Source: an uncultured Ruaniaceae bacterium (lineage in GTDB: Bacteria > Actinomycetota > Actinomycetes > Actinomycetales > Beutenbergiaceae). Taken from it: a stretch of 41,996 nucleotides of DNA. The stretch is from NCBI GenBank assembly GCA_964564445.1, contig CAZMDO010000001.1, forward strand, positions 1 to 41,996. The letters are read 5' to 3'. Below, piece after piece: positions 1-7,955 of the stretch (its first letter is position 1; each line of letters starts with the position of its first letter). The notes beneath the pieces were generated by a model. It saw only the letters and a list, made by a program, of their open reading frames with translations. It searched no databases and had not been told where the DNA came from. A program made the position numbers and the translations under genes.

Positions 1-96
1 CCGGAGATCTTCAGCCTGGAGGACCAGCTCGAGGCCGCCGGGCTGCCCACCGACCGGGGCGTGGTGAGGGAAACTCGCTCTCGTCCGACGAGCTGA
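1..96 (+). CDS. 3' end of an upstream gene (partial, product unknown)
   Basis: Frame 1 is open from the window edge (PEIFSLEDQLEAAGLPTDRG...) with GC3-rich codons to TGA at 94-96; too short to identify. Confidence 0.3.
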   Translation, partial: PEIFSLEDQLEAAGLPTDRGVVRETRSRPTS

Positions 97-147
97 CCCA
101 GCTCGCGTGTTGGCCTCGTTCTGAGGACGTGGCGGCGGCGTTGCTGG

Positions 148-200
148 TTGCCGTCGGCACGGAGCTCGGTATACGCTTTCCGGCGAGTAAAACGATTCAC
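148..200 (+). promoter_or_regulatory. Putative sigma-A promoter with two LacI-type palindromes
   Basis: TTGCCG(148-153)-N18-TACGCT(172-177); CGGTATACGCTTTCCG (167-182) overlaps the -10 and GTAAAACGATTCAC (187-200) lies just downstream. Confidence 0.55.
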
Positions 201-286
201 GACTGCTCCCGCGGAGGCGGCGACGTGCCTCTCGAGGCCCGTACGGCGGTTCCGCCTGGTCCGGACCGAACGACACGAGGACGACG

Positions 287-2938
287 ATGTCACAGCACCG
301 ATCGCGGCAGAAGACAGCCGCAGCCGCCGTTGCCGCACTAGCCACAGGAGTCGCCGCTCAGCTCGCCCTGGCGACGCCGGCCGGGGCGGACCCCGGCCAG
401 ATCGAGCAGCGGTTCGACTTCGGCTCGAGCAGCTCGCCGGTCGCCGACGGATACACCCGCGTCACCCACACGACCCTCTACGGAGGCGGTGCCACCTACG
501 GACTCTCCGACCAGGTGGCGGTTCGTGACCGCGGCGCACCCGATGACCTGCGGCGTGACTTCATCGTGGGCACCACCACCTTCTCCACCGACGTGCCTGA
601 CGGTGACTACTGGGTGACGGTGACCAGTGGTGACCAGATCGCCCCGAACCATACCGACCTGGCGATCGAGGGCGAGTCCCGTGGAACGCTGGACTCCGAG
701 GCCGGGGAGTACGCCACCTGGGCCGACGTGGTGACGGTCGAGGACGGTCGCCTCGATCTGGACGTCGCGCGGGACGGGCGCCTGAACGGCGTCACGGTCT
801 CGTCGCAGGTTCCGCCTACCGGACTGGTCTCCGACGTCGAGGTCGACGGCACGACAGTCTCGGTGCACCTGACGTGGGAAGCAGCGCAGGACGCGGAGCG
901 GTACCGGGTGTACCGGGCCGGTGCCGATGGTCAGCCACAGCTGCTCGGCGAGACGACCGCGCCGGAGTACGTCGACCAGGATCCGGAGATCCAGCTCGGC
1001 GACACGCTGACCTACACGGTCACGCAGATCGGCTCCTCAGGCAGTGAGTCCGGACCGTCGCAACCGCTCGTGATCGAGGCCGCGGACGAGGAGCTGACCC
1101 CGCCGGCACCGCCCGCGGACCTGCGTATCGATGGTGACGATGGCGCGATCACCGCCGACCTGCGCTGGGACGCGTCCGCCGGAGCGCTTGCCTATGACGT
1201 CTATCGCACCGATCACCTCTCCCACCCGTGGGAGCTGCTCGGCCGTACCGACTCCACCACCTGGCCGCTGCCCGTCGGCCCCGCGTCCGACTGCTGCTTC
1301 AGCTGGACCTATGAGGTGCGGTCCGTCGGCGCAGGAGGCGTCTCCGATCCCTCCGAGAGGACCGTCCAGGAGAACATGGTCGAGGCCGTCACAGTGTCCG
1401 AGATCGATACGAGTGACGCGGGTGACGGGGCGCGGCCCTGGTTCGGCGATCTCGACGGCGACGGGCGCTCCGAGATCATCATGGTCCAGCCGCACCACAT
1501 CAATGCGGGTGCGTTGTACACCGGACCGTTGGTCGCGGCTATCACCGCGTACACCGCCGCGGGAGACCAGCTCTGGCAGGTGGGGGAGGTCGACCCTGAG
1601 GGGCGCAACAACAGCCAGGACATCCCCGCCCAGGTCGTCGACGTCGACGGTGATGGCGACCTCGAGGTCGTCGCCGTGATGTACCCAGACGGTGACACCG
1701 GAGCCGAGGGTCGGTTCTACGTGTTCGACGGGGCGACTGGGGAGTACGTGCGCGACTTCGCGCTTCCGGCACCGGAGGCTCATGACGCCATCGTGTTCGT
1801 GGACGCCGACGAGGGTGACCACCCGGACGAGATCCTGCTGAAGAACCGGTACTCGAAAGCCTGGTTGCTGACTTCCGACGGCGAGGTTATCTGGGAGCAC
1901 GAGGGGAACACGGGACACTACCCGTGGCCTTATGACTTCGATGGTGACGGCCGCGACGAGATCATGCTCGGCTACGACATGGTCACTGCCGACGGAGACG
2001 TGCTGTGGAGCGCCGATCTTCCAGACCATGCCGACACGATCTGGATCGCCGACATCGACCGCGACGGGACGGCGGACGTCCTCCTTGGCGGTTCGTCCAC
2101 CTCGGCGCTCCGCTGGGACACCGGCGAGACCATCTGGCAGAACGATGACACCGTCGAGTCGCAGAACATCATGGTCGGCGAGTACCGCCAGGACCTCCCC
2201 GGGCTGGAGGTCTTCGGTCTGGACCGGATCGATCGTTCGTCGAACGGGCTGGACGGACTGTTCATGATTGACGCCGAGGGCAGGACTGTCTGGAAGGAGC
2301 AGCGTCAGACCCGCGGTTGCTACGGGACGATCCCTGAGCCCATCCACAACTGGCTCGGCGACGGCTCCGACCTGATCATGGTCTGGAACCGTGGTTGCGG
2401 CGAGCCGACCGGCATCCACTCCGGGGACGGTGAGTTCGTCACCGAGCTCGCCGACGCGCGCCTCTGGCACATCGACATGTGCGGTGACAGCAAGGAAGAG
2501 GTCATCGAGTACGTGCAAGGAGAGTGGCTGCGGATCCGGGCCAACGGCGAGTGCGACCTGCAGTCGCACATCACCGGCGAGCAGCGGCCGCAGTCCCCGC
2601 GCGAGTACAACTTCACCCGATACACGGCCGGGCAGACACCGGTCTCGGCGGTGATCACGGGGCAGCCGCAGGACCGGCAGTCACGTCCGGGGCGGATGGT
2701 GACCTTCACCGTCGATGCAGTGAGCGCCACGAGCTACCAGTGGCAGCAGCGTGCCGGTGACGGCTGGCGCGACCTGCCCGGTGAGACCGGCGCCGAGCTG
2801 ACCCTGCGCGCTGTGCCGCCGCGGGCCGGGGACTACCGCGTCGTGGTCCACGGCGAGGTCGGCTCGATCGACACCATCTCCTCGCCGGTGACCCTGACCG
2901 TGCTCACCGGCCCTCCGGCGGCGTCCGGTGAGCGCTGA
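287..2938 (+). CDS. Secreted multidomain rhamnogalacturonan lyase (PL11)-like protein: galactose-binding-like domain, two FN3, DxDGDG beta-propeller, Ig-like C-terminus
   Basis: Signal peptide (AAAAVAALATGVAAQLALATPAGA); RFDFGSSSSPVADGY N-terminal module; FN3-like LTW..YRVYR and LRW..YDVYR; repeated DLDGDG/DVDGDG/DFDGDG Ca-binding motifs; GNTGHY and DHAD motifs; Ig-like ITGQP..YQWQ..GDYRVVV; RBS GAGGA. Confidence 0.7.
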   Translation: MSQHRSRQKTAAAAVAALATGVAAQLALATPAGADPGQIEQRFDFGSSSSPVADGYTRVTHTTLYGGGATYGLSDQVAVRDRGAPDDLRRDFIVGTTTFSTDVPDGDYWVTVTSGDQIAPNHTDLAIEGESRGTLDSEAGEYATWADVVTVEDGRLDLDVARDGRLNGVTVSSQVPPTGLVSDVEVDGTTVSVHLTWEAAQDAERYRVYRAGADGQPQLLGETTAPEYVDQDPEIQLGDTLTYTVTQIGSSGSESGPSQPLVIEAADEELTPPAPPADLRIDGDDGAITADLRWDASAGALAYDVYRTDHLSHPWELLGRTDSTTWPLPVGPASDCCFSWTYEVRSVGAGGVSDPSERTVQENMVEAVTVSEIDTSDAGDGARPWFGDLDGDGRSEIIMVQPHHINAGALYTGPLVAAITAYTAAGDQLWQVGEVDPEGRNNSQDIPAQVVDVDGDGDLEVVAVMYPDGDTGAEGRFYVFDGATGEYVRDFALPAPEAHDAIVFVDADEGDHPDEILLKNRYSKAWLLTSDGEVIWEHEGNTGHYPWPYDFDGDGRDEIMLGYDMVTADGDVLWSADLPDHADTIWIADIDRDGTADVLLGGSSTSALRWDTGETIWQNDDTVESQNIMVGEYRQDLPGLEVFGLDRIDRSSNGLDGLFMIDAEGRTVWKEQRQTRGCYGTIPEPIHNWLGDGSDLIMVWNRGCGEPTGIHSGDGEFVTELADARLWHIDMCGDSKEEVIEYVQGEWLRIRANGECDLQSHITGEQRPQSPREYNFTRYTAGQTPVSAVITGQPQDRQSRPGRMVTFTVDAVSATSYQWQQRAGDGWRDLPGETGAELTLRAVPPRAGDYRVVVHGEVGSIDTISSPVTLTVLTGPPAASGER

Positions 2939-2979
2939 GAGGAGGCTGGTCGTGAGTCGGGCAGGTGGGAGACAGTGCG

Positions 2980-3999
2980 ATGAGCGGTGAGCTGACCTGG
3001 CACGCCCTCGGCGAGCCGCGCGGCCGCGGCTGGCCGGCGGAGGCGATGGACCGTCGCTACGACCGGCTGCCCGGCCACGCCCGCGACCGGGTGCCCGAGC
3101 CGGTCTGGGGTCTGAGCAGGCACGCCTCCAGCCTGTTCCACGAGTTCGAGACCGACGCCACCGAGGTGCACGCGCGCTGGGAGGTCCGCGCTCCGGAGAT
3201 GACGCTCGGGCACATGCCGGCCACCGCGACCGGCGGGCTCGACCTGTACGCGGAGAGCCCGCAGCGCCCGCTGCGCTGGGTCGGCTCGGCCGCGCCGACG
3301 GGCCTGCACTCCCAGGCCGTGCTCGCCGAGGAGCTGGCCCCGGCCCGGCGCCGCTACCGGCTCTACCTGCCGCTGGTCAACCAGCTCGCCGACGTGCAGG
3401 TCGGCCTGCCCGCCGGCGCCTACCTCAGCCCGGTGGCCCCGGAGGCACGGCCACCGGTCGTGTACTACGGAACCTCGATCATCCACGGCATCGCCGCCTC
3501 TCGTCCCGGGATGAGCCTGCCTGCCATCCTCGGCCGCCGGCTGGACCGGGACGTGATCGGCCTCGGCTTCTCCGGCAACGGGAAGATGGAGACCGCGCTC
3601 GCCGAGCTGCTGGCCGAGGTGGACGCCGCGGTGTACGTCGTGGACTGCCTGCCGAACATGGACGCCACCCTGGCGCGCCACCGTGCCCTGCCGTTCCTGC
3701 TCACGCTGCGCGCGGCCCGCCCGGACACACCGGTCCTGCTGGTGGAGGACCGCTCGTACACGAACGCCTGGCTCCGGCCGGACCGCCAGGAGGCGCACGC
3801 GGACTCCCGTCGCGAGCTGCGCGCCGCGTTCGAGACGATGCTCGCGGAGGGGGACAGTGCCCTGCACCTGCTCGCGCACACCGACCTGCTCGGGTCGGAC
3901 GACGAGGGCACCGTGGACGGCTCGCACCCCACCGACCTCGGCTTCATGCGGATGGCCGACCGGGTGGCGCCGGTGCTGGCCGACCTGCTGCCGTCCTAG
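2980..3999 (+). CDS. SGNH/GDSL hydrolase with GxDLY N-terminal domain (probable carbohydrate acetylesterase)
   Basis: GLDLY motif; SGNH blocks YYGTSIIHG, GFSGNG, DCLPN, DGSHP; ATG 2980 preceded by GGGAGA. Confidence 0.85.
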   Translation: MSGELTWHALGEPRGRGWPAEAMDRRYDRLPGHARDRVPEPVWGLSRHASSLFHEFETDATEVHARWEVRAPEMTLGHMPATATGGLDLYAESPQRPLRWVGSAAPTGLHSQAVLAEELAPARRRYRLYLPLVNQLADVQVGLPAGAYLSPVAPEARPPVVYYGTSIIHGIAASRPGMSLPAILGRRLDRDVIGLGFSGNGKMETALAELLAEVDAAVYVVDCLPNMDATLARHRALPFLLTLRAARPDTPVLLVEDRSYTNAWLRPDRQEAHADSRRELRAAFETMLAEGDSALHLLAHTDLLGSDDEGTVDGSHPTDLGFMRMADRVAPVLADLLPS

Positions 4000-4023
4000 G
4001 CGCGGCCGGCCAGCACCGGAGGG

Positions 4024-6555
4024 TCACTGCCCGAGTGCCTGGGTGAGGTAGCCGAGCTCGGCGGCGGTCTCCGGGCTCACCCAACCCTTCTCGACTCCGC
4101 GCTCCAGCGCTCGCACGAACCGGTCTACGGCCCGGGCGGACTGGTCCACGCGGCCCGCCTCCAGGTGCCGCTGCGCCGTGGTGACGGCGCTACCCAGCTG
4201 GGCCGCGGCCGGCCGGGCGACCGCACCGGATGCGATAGCCGAGTCCAGCGCCGAGGCCAGCTCCGCCAGCGCACCCGGCAGCCACACCGTGGGCGTGGGC
4301 AGGTCGCGTACGTCCATGTCCGAGGCGAGGTAGTAGCTCGTCCAGGACGGCTGGTTGTAGGCGGTCTGCTGCCGGGCCACCTCCGCGCGGTACTGCACGT
4401 CGTGCATCAGCGTGGTCAGCGCCATGTCGGTGACCTCGGTGGACAGGTAGATCCGGATCGCGTCCGAGTCCACCGTGCGCACCAGCAGCTCCTCCCGCCA
4501 GTCGCCGAAGACATCCGCGACCAGCCCCGGGTTGCCCTTGGTGTAGTTGTTCGTCCGAGTGCCTTCGGCCACCAGCAGCGTGCCGCGCTCGCGGTCCTCG
4601 ATCGTGGGCGTCTCGTCCCGGGATCCGTGCACCTGCTGGGTGCTGCCGTCCGCAGCCCAGTGGATCGAGGAGTTCGTACCGAGGCCCTCCTCGGCCAGCA
4701 GCTCCCCGGTGGCGCTGCGCAGGTCCCAGGCCCAGGTCTCCAGACCCGGGGTGGAGCGGTCCACGTCACCGACCATCCCGCGTCCGGTGTCCCGCCCGGA
4801 GTAGGCGCCGTAGAGCACCTCGCCGGTGGCCGCGTCGCGCAGGGCGTAGCCGTACGGTGCCCAGGCCCCGCCCTCGTGGACGGTGTAGATCTCCAGCCCG
4901 GGCCGGTTCGGGTCGATGTCGGTCACCTGCATCGCATCACCGTGGCCGAGCCTGGCCCAGGCGCCCGGGTCTGCGCTGTTCTCGGGCAGCGTGGCGAAGG
5001 AGCTGTACAGCAGGCTGCCGTCGTCGTCGATGGTGGCGGAGCCGTAGACGATCTCCTGCCGCCCGTCCCCGTCCACATCCGCGGCGGACAGGGAGTGGAA
5101 GCCCTGGGTGGTGATGCTGCCGAACTCCGGGTCGGTGCCGTCCACCCCGTGGGGGCTGTCGTTGAACGGGTTGGACATCGGGGTCCAGCCGGAGTCGACC
5201 ATCCACCGCTGCTCGATGCTCTCCCCGTCCCAGTCGTAGGCGACGATGGTGCTGCGGGTGTAGTAGCCGCGGGCGAAGATCGCCGACGGGTGTCCGCCGT
5301 CCAGGTAGGCCACGCCGGCCAGGAACCGGTCCACCCGGTTGCCCGGCTCGATCCGGGACATCGCGTAGTCGCCCCACATCAGACCGTCGTCGTGGCGGCC
5401 GGGCTGGTAGCGCACCGTGTCCAGCTCGGCGCCGGTGGCACCGTCGAACACGGTCAGGTACTCCGGACCGGTGAGCACGAACCCTTCGAACTCGCGCAGC
5501 TGGTTGCGAGAGCTGCGGCTCGGGGCGTACTCGTCGATGAAGTAGTCGGCCAGCGCGCGGGCGTCCGCCTCGGAGAGGGGGTAGTCGTAGCGGGGCTCGA
5601 TCCCGAACGCCTCCTCCAGGGTGGCCGGCCAGCTCCCGTCCTGCACCTGCGGGTGCTCGCTCCAGCCCTGGAACACCTCCACCAGGTGCTCGTAGTAGTC
5701 CTCGGCGCTCATCCGGTAGTCGTCGGTGTTGGCATAACCTGCCTGGACGTCCTCGGCGGGCATGGTGATGTACTCCGCCTGCCCGGCGCCGTCGGGACCA
5801 TAGCTGGTGGTAGAGGTGCCCGGTGCGGTCTTGAGCATCACCTCCGAGCGGCCGTCGCCGTCGAAGTCGTAGACGAGGAACTGGGTGTAGTGCGCCCCGG
5901 CGCGGATGTTCGGGCCCAGGTCCAGACGCCACAGCTGGGTGCCGTCCAGCTCGTAGGCATCGATGTACACCGGCCCGGTGTAGCCCACCTGGGAGACGTC
6001 CTTGCTGTTGGACGGGTCCCACTTGACGATGTACTCGTACTCACCGTCGCCGTCCACGTCGCCGACGCTCATGTCGTTGGCGGAGTAGGTGTAGGACTCG
6101 CCTGCCGGGGTGACGCCACCGTCAGGACGGTTCAGCGGCAGATCGTAGTGGTCCTGCGCCCAGGGGGTCACCTCTTCGCTGGTGGCCACGGTCTGCCCGT
6201 CGACGACGGTGCTCACCGTGTACGTGGACGTTGCCGTGCCGTCGGGGTCGAGCAGGTTCGTGCTGTCGGTCACCGTGGCGATCGGCGCGCCGTCGCGCGA
6301 GACCACGAACTGCCCTCCGTGCTGCCGGTCAGTGTCGGCACCGGTCACCTCCTGGGCCAGCAGGCGCCAGCTGAGGTAGACACCGTCGGTGGTGACCGCG
6401 GCGACCAGTCCGCGGTCCAGGGCTTCCAGCTGCACAGCGGGTGCTGGCTCGGTCGGTGGTGGGGCTGCGTTCGCGCTCGTACCCACCAGGGCTGTGAGCA
6501 GCATCGTGCTGCAGACTCCCCCGGTGAACAGGCGACGGGACGTGCTGGGACTCAT
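4024..6555 (-). CDS. Rhamnogalacturonan lyase, PL11 (YesW/YesX-like), secreted, with helical C-terminal accessory domain
   Basis: LEALDRGLVA..VYLSWRLL, YSANDMSVGDVDGDGEYE, NIRAGAHYTQFLVYDFDGDG, GNRVDRFLAGVAYLDG, RGYYTR, LGHGDA, ADVFGDWREE, YNQPSW; signal peptide; RBS GGAAGGA. Confidence 0.93.
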   Translation of the reverse strand: MSPSTSRRLFTGGVCSTMLLTALVGTSANAAPPPTEPAPAVQLEALDRGLVAAVTTDGVYLSWRLLAQEVTGADTDRQHGGQFVVSRDGAPIATVTDSTNLLDPDGTATSTYTVSTVVDGQTVATSEEVTPWAQDHYDLPLNRPDGGVTPAGESYTYSANDMSVGDVDGDGEYEYIVKWDPSNSKDVSQVGYTGPVYIDAYELDGTQLWRLDLGPNIRAGAHYTQFLVYDFDGDGRSEVMLKTAPGTSTTSYGPDGAGQAEYITMPAEDVQAGYANTDDYRMSAEDYYEHLVEVFQGWSEHPQVQDGSWPATLEEAFGIEPRYDYPLSEADARALADYFIDEYAPSRSSRNQLREFEGFVLTGPEYLTVFDGATGAELDTVRYQPGRHDDGLMWGDYAMSRIEPGNRVDRFLAGVAYLDGGHPSAIFARGYYTRSTIVAYDWDGESIEQRWMVDSGWTPMSNPFNDSPHGVDGTDPEFGSITTQGFHSLSAADVDGDGRQEIVYGSATIDDDGSLLYSSFATLPENSADPGAWARLGHGDAMQVTDIDPNRPGLEIYTVHEGGAWAPYGYALRDAATGEVLYGAYSGRDTGRGMVGDVDRSTPGLETWAWDLRSATGELLAEEGLGTNSSIHWAADGSTQQVHGSRDETPTIEDRERGTLLVAEGTRTNNYTKGNPGLVADVFGDWREELLVRTVDSDAIRIYLSTEVTDMALTTLMHDVQYRAEVARQQTAYNQPSWTSYYLASDMDVRDLPTPTVWLPGALAELASALDSAIASGAVARPAAAQLGSAVTTAQRHLEAGRVDQSARAVDRFVRALERGVEKGWVSPETAAELGYLTQALGQ

Positions 6556-6579
6556 CGTCGATCCTTCCCTCGGTTCATC

Positions 6580-6634
6580 TTGAAACGATACAAACCGTGT
6601 CGGACATCGTACGGGGGTACTCCGCGCAGGTCAA
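6580..6634 (-). promoter_or_regulatory. Promoter of the PL11 gene with LacI-type operator
   Basis: Minus strand TTGACC(6634-6629)-N17-TACGAT(6611-6606); imperfect palindrome TTGAAACGATACAA at 6580-6593 between the promoter and the RBS. Confidence 0.75.
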
Positions 6635-6780
6635 CCGTTCCGCGCGAGTACCCCAGCCCGCACATGGCCCAGGCGCGCGAACGCCCTCTGGTCCGCAACG
6701 GCGCTGGAACACGCGGACATCCTCCTTCGCGACCAGCGAGCGGGCTCCCGCCGCGCAGCGGGACCTTCGCGGAGGGAGGC

Positions 6781-7146
6781 TCAGACGTTGGCGAGGGTGA
6801 TGCCGACCACGACGCCGACGACCAGGTAGCCCAGCAACGCCAGGCCGAACGCCCGCAGTCGCACCGGCGGTGCGAACAGCCATGGCACCAGGCAGGCGAG
6901 CACGATGCCGGCCACCAGCACCAGGAACGTGCCGCCGAGCAGGGCGTACCCGTGCGGGTCGCCGCTGCCCAGCGCGGAACCGAGCACCAGCCACAGGCCG
7001 GCCAGGAACGGTACCGCGAGCACCACGGTCGCTACCGCGAGCACGATCCGCCGTGCCGTCCAGGTGCCGCCTGGGGTGTCCGGCCCCGCTGTCGGCGCGG
7101 CCCCGGGCTCGCCGCGACCGGTGGGCTCAGGACCGGGAGCACTCAT
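6781..7146 (-). CDS. Small integral membrane protein (about 3 TM), unknown function
   Basis: Three hydrophobic stretches around a GDPHGY loop; TATGCT -10 lies 7 nt before ATG 7146 (leaderless). Confidence 0.75.
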   Translation of the reverse strand: MSAPGPEPTGRGEPGAAPTAGPDTPGGTWTARRIVLAVATVVLAVPFLAGLWLVLGSALGSGDPHGYALLGGTFLVLVAGIVLACLVPWLFAPPVRLRAFGLALLGYLVVGVVVGITLANV

Positions 7147-7265
7147 GCCGGTCAGCATACGGGCAGCGGGCCCGGGTCCGGCCGGCCAACCGTTCGACGC
7201 CGGGCTCGGCGCGCAGCCGGGCCGCCCACCGCGCCGACGGCGTGGCGGCCTCGTACGCTGGCCAG

Positions 7266-7847
7266 ATGCTCCCGGACCGCATCCTCACCCTCGGCCACGG
7301 CACCCTCGCCGCGGACGACTTCGTGGCACTGGTGCGCGGCGCGCAGATCACCCGGGTGGTGGACGTGCGCTCCTTCCCCGGGTCGCGGCGCAACCCGCAG
7401 TTCGGCCGGGAGGCGATGACCGGGTGGCTGCCCGAGGCCGGGATCGACTACGGGTGGGAGAAGCGGCTCGGTGGACGCCGTCGCGGCGTGGGGGAGCGGT
7501 CCCGGCACCTGGGGCTGCGGCACCCGGCGTTCCGCTCCTACGCCGACTGGATGGAGACCGAGGAGTTCCGCGACGGACTCACCACCCTCCTGGACGCCCC
7601 GCCCGGGCTGACCGCCGTGATGTGCTCGGAGTCGCTGTGGTGGCGCTGCCACCGCCGGCTGCTCTCCGACCATCTGGTGCTGGTGGCGGGGGTACCGGTC
7701 TGGCACCTGATGCACGACGGCTCGCTGCGCGAGCACCCGGTCACCCCTGAGGCCGGTCTGCTCCCGGCAGCCGAGTCGCCCACCGGTGCGGCCATGGTCG
7801 TCTATGACGACGGCGCTCTCCCGCTGCCGGACCCCTCGCCGGAGTAG
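7266..7847 (+). CDS. DUF488 family protein
   Basis: LTLGHGT, VVDVRSFPGSRRNPQF, LGGRR, MCSESLWWRCHRRLLSD motifs; TACGCT -10 lies 6 nt before ATG 7266. Confidence 0.88.
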   Translation: MLPDRILTLGHGTLAADDFVALVRGAQITRVVDVRSFPGSRRNPQFGREAMTGWLPEAGIDYGWEKRLGGRRRGVGERSRHLGLRHPAFRSYADWMETEEFRDGLTTLLDAPPGLTAVMCSESLWWRCHRRLLSDHLVLVAGVPVWHLMHDGSLREHPVTPEAGLLPAAESPTGAAMVVYDDGALPLPDPSPE

Positions 7848-7863
7848 GGGGCGGGCCCGCCCC
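7848..7863. terminator. GC palindrome between convergent genes (possible terminator)
   Basis: GGGGCGGGCCCGCCCC is a perfect 16-bp palindrome immediately after the DUF488 stop codon. Confidence 0.35.
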
Positions 7864-7955
7864 GCCAGACCGGGTGCGGTGCAGCACTGGCCGGAGCCGA
7901 GCGCCGGGGCCACCTTCTCTGGAGGCGAGCGCCGGGGCCGCCCGCCCCGGAGCGG

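Noticed and set aside
4165-7419. 1084-aa plus-strand ORF
   Set aside because: Antisense shadow of the PL11 gene; stop codons are rare opposite GC3-rich genes; no recognisable motifs.
7898-7939. 14-bp direct repeat CGAGCGCCGGGGCC (7898-7911, 7926-7939)
   Set aside because: Short and very GC-rich; nothing between the copies suggests a target-site duplication.
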